A stretch of 64,000 bases of DNA from Candidatus Krumholzibacteriia bacterium (GCA_041484665.1 JBGPIA010000009.1:96001-160000), one strand, 5' to 3'. Counted from the stretch's first letter, positions 48,014-59,930 are shown. Program-made: numbers and translations. Notes: a model not told the origin generated them from the sequence alone.

Positions 48014-48847
48014 ATGGCCCGCGATCTGGAGCCGATCGTCGCGGATCTGCGCCGCTACCTTGCCCAGGCCGCAGCGCGGGGGATGCAGCGTCACTATCTC
48101 GACGAGGAGAGCATCGGCCGGGCACGCGAGCGCGCACGCGAGCAAACCGGCGAGCGGGCGGGCGGGCGGGCGCTGAGGGCCGGCGCAGCACGCTCGAACC
48201 GGCCTGACAACGCCACACTCCCCGGCGCGGACCCCAACGCAGCACCCGATCAGACCAGGGCGCGCAAGGCCCAACTGCTGGCCGAGCTCGATTGCGCGCA
48301 GGTGCGCGACTGCAAGCAATGCAAGCTCTGGAAGAGTCGAACGCAGACCGTGTTCGGGGTCGGCAACCCCGACGCGGATCTCGTGTTCGTGGGGGAGGCG
48401 CCCGGGCGCGACGAGGACCTGCAGGGCGAGCCATTCGTGGGAGTGGCGGGGCAGCTGTTGACGAAGATCCTCGGCGCGATCGGCTTTGCGCGCGAGGACG
48501 TCTATATCTGCAATGTCCTCAAGTGCCGGCCGCCCAACAACCGCGATCCGCAGCCCGACGAGGTGGAGGCCTGCGAGCCGTACCTGCTGCAGCAGCTCTC
48601 CATCATCCAGCCCAAGGTGATCTGCGCCCTAGGGCGCCACGCGGCCTACTCGCTGCTGGGCACGACCGAGTCGCTGGCCCGCCTGCGCACCCGCGTCCAC
48701 GACTACCACGGGATCCCCCTCGTGGTGACCTACCACCCAGCGGCGCTGCTGCGCAACCCACAGTGGAAGCGTCCGACCTGGGAGGACGTGCAGAAGCTGC
48801 GGACACTGCACGATCGCCTGGTGGAGGAAGCCCGGGGCGAGCCCTGA
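48014..48847 (+). CDS. Family 4 uracil-DNA glycosylase (Fe-S)
   Basis: [46 protein letters not shown]. Confidence 0.93.
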   Translation: MARDLEPIVADLRRYLAQAAARGMQRHYLDEESIGRARERAREQTGERAGGRALRAGAARSNRPDNATLPGADPNAAPDQTRARKAQLLAELDCAQVRDCKQCKLWKSRTQTVFGVGNPDADLVFVGEAPGRDEDLQGEPFVGVAGQLLTKILGAIGFAREDVYICNVLKCRPPNNRDPQPDEVEACEPYLLQQLSIIQPKVICALGRHAAYSLLGTTESLARLRTRVHDYHGIPLVVTYHPAALLRNPQWKRPTWEDVQKLRTLHDRLVEEARGEP

Positions 48848-48888
48848 TCGGCCGGCTCACGTCCTTTTGGCGGCGCAGTCGCGGCCGC

Positions 48889-48953
48889 TTGTCGACACCC
48901 ATCCCCCGTCCTCCCCCGGGTTGTCCCCCGGGTTCTCCCCAATCCTGTCCCCG
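48889..48953 (+). promoter_or_regulatory. Array of degenerate DnaA-box-like 9-mers upstream of dnaB
   Basis: TTGTCGACA, then TCCTCCCCC, TTGTCCCCC, TTCTCCCCA and CTGTCCCCG at a 12-bp period. Confidence 0.4.
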
Positions 48954-49106
48954 GGCCGTTTGCGCAGGGGGCCTTGCGCGGGTTGCGTGTGCGGCGGGCG
49001 TTGGGCTATTTTCGGCAGCCATCGACGGGCCAGCGCCCAGCCAGCCGACGCTCCCGGGCCCGCCGCCGCAACCAAAGGCAGCCTCCGCAGGAGCCGGGTC
49101 GCGCCA

Positions 49107-50501
49107 ATGAGCCAGCCTGACATCCCCTCGTCCGCTCTCACCAATTTGTTGCCCAAGGACCGCGTGCCGCCCCAATCGCTGGAGGCCGAGCGCGCCGTCC
49201 TCTCCGCCTGCGTGCGCAGCGCCGAGGCGCTGGCCGATTCGATGCAGTTCCTCAAACCGGTGGACTTCTACTCGCCGCGTCATGGTGACGTGTACGCCGC
49301 GCTGCTGGCGTTGGCCGAGCGCAACGAGCCGGCCGACCTGGTGACGCTCGCCAACGAGCTCGACCGCCGCGGCGTGCTGGAGAAGATGGGCGGGCCGGGC
49401 GAGCTCGACGCGATCCTGGAGGTGGGCGTCAGCCCCGCCAACATCGCCTACCACGCGCGCATCGTGCAGGAGCGGTCGATGCTGCGCCGGATCATCAACA
49501 TCACCAACATCGTGTCGCGCGACGCGTTCGAGGCGAGCACGCCGCCCCAGAACCTGCTGGATGCCGCGCAGAACGAGCTGTTCCAATTGGCGCGCGAGGC
49601 CGAGCAGCGCAGCTTCGCCGCGCTGAAAGACCTCGCGAACCTGACTTTCCAGCACATCCAAGAGGCCTACGAGCGCGGCGGCGAGATCACCGGCGTGTCC
49701 ACGGGATTCAGCGACCTGGACCGGTACACCGGCGGACTGCAGCCGTCGGACCTGATCATCCTGGCCGGGCGCCCGTCCATGGGCAAGACGGCGCTGGCGC
49801 TCAACATCGCCTTCAGCGCCGCGCACCGCGAGCAGATCCCGGTGGGCATCTTCAGCCTCGAGATGAGCAGCGAGCAGCTGGTCACGCGCCTGATCTCCAT
49901 GGAGAGCGGCTTCGACAGCCACAGCATCCGCACCGGGAAGCTCAAGCCCTCAGACTGGCCGCGCCTGACCCAGGCGCTGGGCGAGATCACGCGCACGCCC
50001 ATCTACATCGACGACACCTCGGCCATCCCCGTGCTCGAGCTGCGCAGCAAAGCGCGGCGCATGGTTGCGGCCCACGGCGTGAAGCTGATCATCGTGGACT
50101 ACCTCCAGCTGATCGCCACCACGACGCGCTCCGAGAACCGCCAGCAGGAGATCTCGCTGATCAGCCGCTCGCTGAAGGCCCTGGCCAAGGACCTCGGCGT
50201 GCCGGTGCTGGCGCTCTCCCAGCTGTCGCGCGCCGTCGAGTCGCGCGGAGGCGACCACCGCCCCGTGCTCTCCGACCTGCGCGAGTCCGGGGCCATCGAG
50301 CAGGACGCTGACGTCGTGATGTTCGTCTTCCGTCCGGAGGTCTACGACCAAGAGAACGAGGACGTGAAAAACCTGGCCGAGCTGATCATCGGCAAGCAGC
50401 GCAACGGGCCCATCGGCACGGTGACGCTGCACTTCGACCGGCGATTCACCAAGTTCCACAACCTCGCGCAAGGGCAGAGGGCGGCGGTTGGGGGAGCCTA
50501 G
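49107..50501 (+). CDS. dnaB: Replicative DNA helicase
   Basis: PPQSLEAERAVL, GRPSMGKT, FSLEMS, IVDYLQL, LSQLSRAVE, SDLRESGAIEQDAD, KQRNGPIG; no intein. Confidence 0.97.
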   Translation: MSQPDIPSSALTNLLPKDRVPPQSLEAERAVLSACVRSAEALADSMQFLKPVDFYSPRHGDVYAALLALAERNEPADLVTLANELDRRGVLEKMGGPGELDAILEVGVSPANIAYHARIVQERSMLRRIINITNIVSRDAFEASTPPQNLLDAAQNELFQLAREAEQRSFAALKDLANLTFQHIQEAYERGGEITGVSTGFSDLDRYTGGLQPSDLIILAGRPSMGKTALALNIAFSAAHREQIPVGIFSLEMSSEQLVTRLISMESGFDSHSIRTGKLKPSDWPRLTQALGEITRTPIYIDDTSAIPVLELRSKARRMVAAHGVKLIIVDYLQLIATTTRSENRQQEISLISRSLKALAKDLGVPVLALSQLSRAVESRGGDHRPVLSDLRESGAIEQDADVVMFVFRPEVYDQENEDVKNLAELIIGKQRNGPIGTVTLHFDRRFTKFHNLAQGQRAAVGGA

Positions 50502-50561
50502 GATCGCCGCGCACACCGCGCCTGACCGGCGGCCGGCGCCGCCGTCCTTGGGGATGCCCGC

Positions 50562-50627
50562 CCTTACGGTTTCTTGACTCCTGGCCGGCGGCTCTTTCCG
50601 CCGTCTTGACGCGACCTCCACTAGATT
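50562..50627 (+). promoter_or_regulatory. Putative KdpE-type direct-repeat operator and -10 element of the kdp operon
   Basis: CCTTAC-N5-CTTGAC and CTTTCC-N5-CTTGAC (11-bp period), then TAGATT at 50622-50627. Confidence 0.5.
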
Positions 50628-50741
50628 GGTGCGCGGGCGCCTGGCATGCCTCGCGCAGGCCGGGCGTCTGATCCGCAAGCTCTCGCGACGCGACGACTGC
50701 TTCCGCGCTGCGGTGGCCGCTCCCGGCGCGCGCGAGCCACA

Positions 50742-50808
50742 CCCGCCACCGCGGGAAGGCGATGCCGCCTCCCGCCACCGCGGGAAGGCGATGCCGCCTC
50801 CCGCCACC
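50742..50808 (+). repeat. 29-bp tandem repeat, about 2.3 copies, in the kdp leader
   Basis: cccgccaccgcgggaaggcgatgccgcct twice, plus cccgccacc. Confidence 0.9.
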
Positions 50809-50848
50809 CGTGCGCGCGGTCTCGACCTCTCGACCCGAGGTGGATGCG

Positions 50849-50932
50849 ATGAAGGATCTCCTGTTCGTGGCGATTACCGTGGCTTTCTTCCTGCTGTCCT
50901 GGCTGTACGTCAAGGCCTGCGAGCGACTGTAG
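50849..50932 (+). CDS. 27-aa hydrophobic peptide upstream of kdpF
   Basis: MKDLLFVAITVAFFLLSWLYVKACERL; GAGGT SD upstream; its stop overlaps the AGGAGG SD of kdpF. Missing from the ORF track because of size. Confidence 0.75.
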   Translation: MKDLLFVAITVAFFLLSWLYVKACERL

Positions 50933-50940
50933 GAGGCGAG

Positions 50941-51030
50941 ATGGGTTTCGAATACGTCACCGGCCTGCTGCTCGCATTGCTTCTGCTGGCCTACCTGGTC
51001 TATGCGCTGCTGCGACCGGAGCGTTTCTAG
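50941..51030 (+). CDS. kdpF: K+-transporting ATPase subunit F
   Basis: MGFEYVTGLLLALLLLAYLVYALLRPERF with the YL-x-YALLRPERF signature; AGGAGG SD. Confidence 0.92.
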   Translation: MGFEYVTGLLLALLLLAYLVYALLRPERF

Positions 51031-51041
51031 GAGGAGGCGCC

Positions 51042-52760
51042 GTGACTGCGAACGGATGGGTCCAGATCTTCGTGTTCTTCGCCGCCGTGGTGGTGGTGAC
51101 CAAGCCGCTGGGCGACTTCATGTACCGGGTGCTCGAGGGTGGGAACCACTTCCTGCGCCGCCCGCTCGGTTGGCTGGAGCGATTGGTCCTGCGGGCGTGT
51201 CGCGTGGACGGTCGCGAGCAGTCCTGGCAGGCGTATGCCCTGGGCCTGCTGGCCTTCAGCGCCTTCACCATGATCGTGACCTACGCGATCCAGCGCTTGC
51301 AGCACGTGCTGCCGTTCAATCCGCAGGGGCTTCCGCCGGTCGCGGCGGGCTGCGCGTTCAACACCGCCGCCAGCTTCACGACCAACACCAATTGGCAGGG
51401 CTACGCGGGCGAGACCACCATGAGCTACCTGAGCCAGATGGCGGGGCTCGCCTGGCACAATTTCATATCGGCGGCGGCGGGGATCGCGGTGGCCGTTGCG
51501 CTGGCGCGTGGGCTCACCCGGCGCGGCGAGGGCCAGGGCCCGGGCGCGGTGGGAAACCTGTGGGTCGATCTGACGCGCGCGACGGTCTACATCCTGCTGC
51601 CGCTGAGCCTCGCGTTCGCGCTGCTCTTCGTCTCCCAGGGAATGATCCAGAATCTCTCGTCGTACCGGGAGGTTGCGACCCTGGAAGGGGGCAAGCAGGT
51701 CATCGCCATGGGTCCGGTGGCTTCGCAGGAGGTGATCAAGCAGCTCGGGACCAACGGCGGTGGTTTCTTCAACGCCAACGCGGCGCACCCGTTCGAGAAC
51801 CCGAACCCGTTGACGAACTTCCTCTCGATGTTCCTCATCTTCGCAATCCCTGCCGGGCTCACCTGGGTGTTCGGTCGCATGGCGAGGGATCAGCGCCAGG
51901 GCTGGGCGCTGTTCTGTGCGATGGGCCTCTTGTTCTTTGCCGGCGTGATGACGGTGTACTGGGCCGAAACGGGCGGAAACCCCGCAGTGGGCGCCGCCCA
52001 CATCGACCAAGGCCTCGGGAACATGGAGGGCAAGGAAGTTCGCTTCGGGGTCGCGTCCTCGGCGCTCTACGCCACCGTGACGACGGACGCTTCGTGCGGC
52101 GCGGTCAACGCCATGCACGACAGCTTCACGCCGTTGGGGGGGCTGGTGCTGCTGTTCAACATCCAGCTGGGCGAGGTGGTGTTCGGGGGTGTGGGCGCGG
52201 GCCTCTACGGGATCCTGGTGATGGCGATCCTCTCGGTGTTCATCGCCGGCCTGATGGTTGGACGCACGCCCGAGTATCTCGGCAAGAAGATCGAGACCCG
52301 CGAGGTGAAGCTGGCGATGTTGTACGTGCTGATCTTCCCGCTCTTGATCCTGGCGCTCGCCGCCTGGTCGGCCGTTGCGCCCTACGGGCGGTCGTCTTTG
52401 GCCAACGCCGGTCCCCATGGCCTCTCCGAGATCCTCTACGCATTCACCAGCGCGGCGGGCAACAACGGCTCTGCCTTCGCGGGCCTCAACGCCAACACCC
52501 CGTGGTACAACGTGGCGCTCGGCTTCACGATGCTCGCGGGCCGTTTCTGGATGATGGTGCCGGCCCTGGCCATCGCGGGAACGCTGGCTGGCAAGAAGTC
52601 CGCGCCCCCCGGGGCGGGGACGCTGCCCACGACGGGGCCGCTGTTCGCCGGGCTGCTGGTGGGGGTCATCCTGATCGTGGGCGCCTTGACCTTCTTCCCG
52701 GCGCTGAGCTTGAGCCCGATCGTCGAGCATTTCCTGGCGCAAGCCGGAAGGGTGTTCTGA
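51042..52760 (+). CDS. kdpA: K+-transporting ATPase subunit A
   Basis: FNTAASFTTNTNWQGYAGE, IKQLGTNGGGFFNANAAHPFENP, MEGKEVRFG, GEVVFGGVGAG, GRTPEYLGKKI, NNGSAFAGL. Confidence 0.98.
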   Translation: MTANGWVQIFVFFAAVVVVTKPLGDFMYRVLEGGNHFLRRPLGWLERLVLRACRVDGREQSWQAYALGLLAFSAFTMIVTYAIQRLQHVLPFNPQGLPPVAAGCAFNTAASFTTNTNWQGYAGETTMSYLSQMAGLAWHNFISAAAGIAVAVALARGLTRRGEGQGPGAVGNLWVDLTRATVYILLPLSLAFALLFVSQGMIQNLSSYREVATLEGGKQVIAMGPVASQEVIKQLGTNGGGFFNANAAHPFENPNPLTNFLSMFLIFAIPAGLTWVFGRMARDQRQGWALFCAMGLLFFAGVMTVYWAETGGNPAVGAAHIDQGLGNMEGKEVRFGVASSALYATVTTDASCGAVNAMHDSFTPLGGLVLLFNIQLGEVVFGGVGAGLYGILVMAILSVFIAGLMVGRTPEYLGKKIETREVKLAMLYVLIFPLLILALAAWSAVAPYGRSSLANAGPHGLSEILYAFTSAAGNNGSAFAGLNANTPWYNVALGFTMLAGRFWMMVPALAIAGTLAGKKSAPPGAGTLPTTGPLFAGLLVGVILIVGALTFFPALSLSPIVEHFLAQAGRVF

Positions 52761-52763
52761 GCC

Positions 52764-54815
<2,052 letters not shown>

Positions 54816-54824
54816 GAGGCAGCC

Positions 54825-55418
54825 ATGAGACGTGAGATCGCGATAGCACTGCGCATGACCCTGGCCACGCTGCTGCTCACCGGGCTCCTCTACCCCCTGC
54901 TCGTCACCGGCTTGGCCCAGGTGCTGTTCACGCGGCGGGCGAACGGGAGCCTGGTCGAGCTCGACGGGCGCCCGGTGGGCTCTGAGTGGATCGGCCAGCG
55001 GTTCGACCTCCCGGCCTATTTCCAGGGGCGGCCCTCGGCGGCCGGGACGGATGGCTACGACGCCACGGCGTCTTCTGGATCGAATCTCGGCCCGACCTCC
55101 GCGAAGCTGCGCCAGCGCGTCGTCGCCGACGTCGCGCGGCTCACCTCTGCGAACCCACAAGCGCCGGGACCCGTGCCCGTCGAGCTGGTGACGGCTTCCG
55201 CGAGCGGACTGGATCCACACTTGAGTCCAGTGGCGGCTCTCTGGCAGGTCCCGCGCGTGGCGGCGGCACGGGGTGTATCTGCGCGTGATCTCCAGACCCT
55301 GGTCCAGGCGCGCACCGAGGCCCGCACCCTCGGATTCCTGGGCGAGCCGCGCGTCAACGTCCTGCTGCTGAACCTGGATCTCGACCGGCGGTTCGGCCGA
55401 GCGGGCAGCACGAAGTGA
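54825..55418 (+). CDS. kdpC: K+-transporting ATPase subunit C
   Basis: LYPLLVTG, ANGSL, GSEWIGQ, YFQGRPSA, SSGSNLGPTS, VTASASGLDPH, GEPRVNVLLLNLDLD. Confidence 0.97.
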   Translation: MRREIAIALRMTLATLLLTGLLYPLLVTGLAQVLFTRRANGSLVELDGRPVGSEWIGQRFDLPAYFQGRPSAAGTDGYDATASSGSNLGPTSAKLRQRVVADVARLTSANPQAPGPVPVELVTASASGLDPHLSPVAALWQVPRVAAARGVSARDLQTLVQARTEARTLGFLGEPRVNVLLLNLDLDRRFGRAGSTK

Positions 55419-55586
55419 TGGACTGACCTGGACTGCGAGCCTGCACGCCAGACTCAGTCGCCCGCTCCCGCGGGAACGTGTCGCCAGGGACTTGGGGGTC
55501 GGGTCAACTCGTGGCGGCATTGCCCGTCCCGGCGCTGACTGGCGCGCCGCTCGCGTAGCGCTGGGGCACGTCCTGGAGGAGAGATC

Positions 55587-56375
55587 ATGGAAGACGACGA
55601 CAACCTGTTCTATCTGTCCGCGGGGCCGCTGGCAGCCATTCTTCTGGGCGCGGTGCTCGTGCCGCTGCGTGGCTTCACCACCGCCTCCAACTTCACGTTT
55701 GTTTTCATGGCGCTGACCATTGCGGTCGCTGAGTTCGGCGGACGGAAGGCGGCCGTGGCCACGGCGCTCTGCTCGGCGTTGAGTCTGGACTTCTTCCTGA
55801 CCCAGCCGTACCTGAGGCTCGTGATCGCTGACAAGCACGACATCATCGCCTTCTTGGGGCTGACGGTCTGCGGCCTCGTCGCGGCCGCGTTCGGCTCGCA
55901 GCGCGGACGCAGGAACGCCGACGTGAGGGCGGCCCACGAACAGCTCGAGCTCCTCCACGCTGCCCTGGGCCAGCTGGGCGGGGCCGGTCCGGCCGAGCCC
56001 GCGCTCACCAGGGTTCTGGACGCCGCGCAGGCTGCCCTTCCACTGGCTGCCGCCATCGTGCGGGACGGCCGGGGCCGCGTCGTGGCGGCCGCCCCGCGCG
56101 GGAATGACCGGCCCATGCCCGGCCAGACGCTTCAACCCGACACCCTGCTGCCACCCGCAGCCTCCCTGCGGGACTTCCACCGCGCAGGACTCCCTCTCCC
56201 CGACGAGGGAGGGCGCCTCGTTCTCGTTGCCGGCGGGCGCGAAGTCGGTTGGCTCGACGTGTGGGGAAGCGGAGCGCGCATGAGCCTTCGGTCGCGGCGC
56301 ACGCTCTGCGACGTGGCGCGCCTGTTGGCCGCGCTGCTCGCGGGAGCGCAGCCCGGCCCACCGCCAAGCGGCTAG
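55587..56375 (+). CDS. DUF4118 (KdpD TM-like) membrane protein with a GAF-like tail and no kinase domain
   Basis: Four TM helices with SALSLDFFLTQPYLRL, matching KdpD's AAFDFFFVPPRLTF; GGAGGAG SD; no H-box. Confidence 0.8.
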   Translation: MEDDDNLFYLSAGPLAAILLGAVLVPLRGFTTASNFTFVFMALTIAVAEFGGRKAAVATALCSALSLDFFLTQPYLRLVIADKHDIIAFLGLTVCGLVAAAFGSQRGRRNADVRAAHEQLELLHAALGQLGGAGPAEPALTRVLDAAQAALPLAAAIVRDGRGRVVAAAPRGNDRPMPGQTLQPDTLLPPAASLRDFHRAGLPLPDEGGRLVLVAGGREVGWLDVWGSGARMSLRSRRTLCDVARLLAALLAGAQPGPPPSG

Positions 56376-56474
56376 CTCGCCTTTGCGCAACGCGGCGATC
56401 GGCGACGTGGCGATCTGCAACGCGGCTTCCGCGGTGATGGATTCGGCAGTAGTGTGGGCCGGCGAGACACCAGG

Positions 56475-59159
56475 ATGAACGACGAACGCCCCGATCCCGA
56501 TGCGCTGCTGCGCCGTCTGGCCGCCGAGGAACCCAGCAGTGGCCATGGCCGCCTGAAGATCTTCTTTGGCGCTTCGCCCGGCGTCGGCAAGACCTACACC
56601 ATGCTCGAGGCGGCGCGCGCCAAGCGTGCCGAGGGCGTGGACGTCGTCATCGGCTGGATAGAGACGCACGGACGGGCCGAGACCGCGGCCCTGACTGAAG
56701 GCCTCGAGCGTATCGCGCCGCGGGAGATCGAGTACCGCGGCACCCGCCTGCGCGAGTTCGATCTCGACCGCTCGCTCGCCCGCAGGCCCGCCCTGCTGCT
56801 GCTCGACGAGCTGGCCCACACCAACGCTCCCGGCTCGCGCCACGCCAAGCGGTGGCGGGACGCCCTGGAGCTGCTGGAGGCCGGGATCGACGTCTACACG
56901 ACGTTGAACGTGCAGCATCTGGAGAGCGTCAACGACCTCGTGAACCAAGTCACGGGTGTGACGGTGCGCGAGACCGTCCCCGATGACGTGCTGGACGACG
57001 CCGAAGAGGTGGAGTTCATCGACCTTCCAGCCGAGGAGCTGCTCAAGCGCCTCGCCGCCGGGAAGGTCTACGTGTCGGACCAGGCCACGCAGGCCGTGCA
57101 GCGCTTCTTCCGGCGCGGCAACTTGCTCGCGCTGCGCGAGCTGGCGCTGCGCCGCACGGCCGAGCGTGTCGATGCGGATGTGCGCGACTATCGCCGCGAC
57201 CACGAGATCGAGCAGACGTGGCCGGTCGCCGAGCGCATCCTGGTGTGCGTGCGGCCCAATCGCGAGAGCGGCCGGCTGGTGCGCGCCGCGCGGCGGATGG
57301 CCGGGCGGCTGCGGGCCGAATGGATCGTCGCCTACGTCGAGAGTCCGGCGCAGCCTCCGCTGTCGCAGGCCGAACGGGAGGCGCTCGCGGCCGCCATGAA
57401 GCTGGCCGAGGAGCTCGGAGCCGAGACCGCGGTGCTCTCCGGCAACAGCGTGAGCGAGGCGCTGCTGACGTTTGCACGCCAGCGCAACGCCAGCAAGATC
57501 GTGGTGGGCAAGCCCACCCACCCGCGCTGGCGCGACCGCCTGAAGGGATCGCTGCTGGACGAGGTGGCCCGCGCCAGCGGCGAGGTCGACGTCTACGTCA
57601 TCTCGGGCGAGCCGGCAGAAATGCCGCAGCCCGCGCGCCCGCCGATCGCGCCGCGTGCGACGCGACCGGTGCAGTATCTCTGGTCGGCGGTGGTCGTCCT
57701 CTGCTGCACGATGGTGTGCTGGGCCATGTTGGCACGGTTCGACAAGTCCAACCTGATCATGGTCTACCTGCTGGGCGTGGCGTTCGTCGCGCTGCGACAC
57801 GGTCGCGCGGCCTCGGCCGTGGCCGCTCTCCTGAGCGTAGCGGCGTTCGACTTCTTCTTCGTCCCGCCGCGGCTGACCTTTGCCGTCGGCGACACGCAAT
57901 ACCTGCTCACCCTCTGCGTCATGCTCGTGGTGAGCCTGCTGATCAGCACGCTGGCAGTGCGCGTCCGCGCGCAGGCCGATGCGGCGCGGCAGCGGGAGCA
58001 GCGGATGCAGATCCTCTACGCGATGAGCCAGGAGCTGGCGGCCGCCCGGACCGTGGACGAGGTCGCGCGCGTCGTGTCCCGGCGTGTCTCGGACATCTTC
58101 AACGGGCCGGCGGTCGTGCTCGTGCCCGAGGACGGCGGCCAGCTCCGCGCGACGAGCGGCCCGGGCCCCGCGGGTGACTCCCGCGAGCTGGCCGTCGCGC
58201 AGTGGGCATTCGAGCACGGGCACACCGCCGGGCTCGGGACCGACACGCTGCCCGGGGCGACCGCGGTCTACGTCCCGCTGCACGGCACGCAGTCCGTCCT
58301 GGGTGTGCTGGGGGTACGTCCAGCTGCTGCGCTGCTCCCCTTGCCGCCGGACCAGCTCGACCTGCTCAAGACGCTGACGCGACAGGCCGCCTCCGGCCTC
58401 GAGCGCGCCCGCCTGGCGGACGAGGCCGAGCACGCCCGGATCGCGGTGGAGACCGAGCGCTTGCGCAGCACCTTGCTCAGCTCCGTCTCCCACGACCTGC
58501 GCACGCCCCTGGCCGCCATCACCGGCGCCGCCAGCAGCCTGCTGCAGGATGCGTCGCTGGGAACCGAGCCGCAGCGCGAGCTCAAGGAGGCGATCTTCGA
58601 GGAGGCCCAGCGTCTGAATCGGCTCGTCACCAACCTGCTCGACATGACACGGCTCGAGTCCGGATCGCTGCAGCTCAATCGCGACTGGAACTCGCTCGAG
58701 GAGCTGGTGGGGTCGGCGCTGGCGCGCGTCGAGGCCAGCCTCAAGGACCGGCCGGTGCGGGTCTCCATCCCGGCGGATCTCCCGCTGGTTGCCGTGGATG
58801 GCGTGCTGATCGAGCAGCTGCTGGTGAACCTGCTGGACAACGCCCTCAAGTACACCGACCCAGCCTCCCCGATCTCGATCGAGGCCAGGGCCTCGCAGGA
58901 CATGCTGACCGTCGAAGTGGCCGATGAGGGCCCCGGCCTGCCGAAGGGCACCGAGGAGCGGGTCTTCGAGAAATTCTACCGGGCCCCGTCGCGCGAGCGG
59001 GGCTTCGGCCTTGGTCTGCCGATCTGCCGCGCGATCGTGACGGCCCACGGCGGGAAGATCTGGGCCGAGCACCGCCTGCCACATGGTTCGGTGTTCCTGT
59101 TCACGCTTGCGCTGCGCGGGGGCGCGCCGGCCCCGCACGAGGAGGACGGTGAGCGCTAG
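56475..59159 (+). CDS. kdpD: Osmosensitive K+ sensor histidine kinase
   Basis: RPDPDALL, GRLKIFFGASPGVGKTY, LDELAHTN, TTLNVQHLESVND, Usp-like domain, DUF4118 TM region, GAF, SHDLRTPL, NLLDNALKY, GLGL. Confidence 0.97.
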   Translation: MNDERPDPDALLRRLAAEEPSSGHGRLKIFFGASPGVGKTYTMLEAARAKRAEGVDVVIGWIETHGRAETAALTEGLERIAPREIEYRGTRLREFDLDRSLARRPALLLLDELAHTNAPGSRHAKRWRDALELLEAGIDVYTTLNVQHLESVNDLVNQVTGVTVRETVPDDVLDDAEEVEFIDLPAEELLKRLAAGKVYVSDQATQAVQRFFRRGNLLALRELALRRTAERVDADVRDYRRDHEIEQTWPVAERILVCVRPNRESGRLVRAARRMAGRLRAEWIVAYVESPAQPPLSQAEREALAAAMKLAEELGAETAVLSGNSVSEALLTFARQRNASKIVVGKPTHPRWRDRLKGSLLDEVARASGEVDVYVISGEPAEMPQPARPPIAPRATRPVQYLWSAVVVLCCTMVCWAMLARFDKSNLIMVYLLGVAFVALRHGRAASAVAALLSVAAFDFFFVPPRLTFAVGDTQYLLTLCVMLVVSLLISTLAVRVRAQADAARQREQRMQILYAMSQELAAARTVDEVARVVSRRVSDIFNGPAVVLVPEDGGQLRATSGPGPAGDSRELAVAQWAFEHGHTAGLGTDTLPGATAVYVPLHGTQSVLGVLGVRPAAALLPLPPDQLDLLKTLTRQAASGLERARLADEAEHARIAVETERLRSTLLSSVSHDLRTPLAAITGAASSLLQDASLGTEPQRELKEAIFEEAQRLNRLVTNLLDMTRLESGSLQLNRDWNSLEELVGSALARVEASLKDRPVRVSIPADLPLVAVDGVLIEQLLVNLLDNALKYTDPASPISIEARASQDMLTVEVADEGPGLPKGTEERVFEKFYRAPSRERGFGLGLPICRAIVTAHGGKIWAEHRLPHGSVFLFTLALRGGAPAPHEEDGER

Positions 59160-59880
59160 CGAATCCGAGAGGGAGGGCCGCGGCGAGGGCGTCGCGCCGG
59201 TCATCCTGGTGGTCGAGGACGAGCCGCAGGTCATGCGCTTCCTGCGCGCCACACTCACTGCGCACGGTTACCGGCTCGTGGAGGCCAAGACCGGTCAGCA
59301 GGCGCTGATCGACGCGGCCACCCGCGCGCCGGAGCTCGTGCTGCTGGATCTCGGCCTGCCGGACATCGACGGGGTCGAGGTGACGCGGCGCCTGCGCGAG
59401 TGGTCGGCGATGCCGGTCATCGTGATCTCCGCCCGCGGGCAGGAGAGCGACAAGATCCAGGCGCTCGACGCGGGGGCGGACGACTACCTCACCAAGCCGT
59501 TCGGCGTCGGCGAGCTGCTCGCACGCATCCGCGTGGCGCTGCGCAACGCGGCGCGGGTCAAGGCCGGCGCGGGCGAGGCCACCTTCGAGGTCGGCGACCT
59601 GCGCGTGGATCTATCCGCCCGGCGCGTCTTCCTAGGCGAGCAGGAGGTCCACCTGACCCGGACCGAGTACAACCTGCTCGCGACGCTCGCCAAGCACGCG
59701 GGCAAGGTGATGACGCACAGCCAGCTCCTGCGCGAGGTCTGGGGGCCCGGCTCCACCAGCCATTCCCACTACCTGCGCGTCTACATGGGCCAGCTGCGGC
59801 ATAAACTCGAGTCCGATCCGGCGCGGCCGCGCTACCTCCTGACCGAGACCGGGGTCGGCTATCGCTTGGGAGCTGACTGA
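59149..59880 (+). CDS. kdpE: KDP operon response regulator (OmpR family)
   Basis: VVEDE, LDLGLPDIDG, ALDAGADDYLTKPF, YLRVYMGQLRHKLE, TETGVGYR. Confidence 0.96.
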   Translation: MSASESEREGRGEGVAPVILVVEDEPQVMRFLRATLTAHGYRLVEAKTGQQALIDAATRAPELVLLDLGLPDIDGVEVTRRLREWSAMPVIVISARGQESDKIQALDAGADDYLTKPFGVGELLARIRVALRNAARVKAGAGEATFEVGDLRVDLSARRVFLGEQEVHLTRTEYNLLATLAKHAGKVMTHSQLLREVWGPGSTSHSHYLRVYMGQLRHKLESDPARPRYLLTETGVGYRLGAD

Positions 59881-59930
59881 ACATCGCCCGGTCGGTTGTC
59901 TCGACCTCCCGCCTCGGATCAGCTGCGGCA

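Noticed and set aside
50630..50848. Possible c-di-AMP (ydaO) riboswitch before kdp
   Set aside because: The characteristic GCTGAA, GGGGGA and GCTAAC segments are not recognisable; only a tandem repeat is present.
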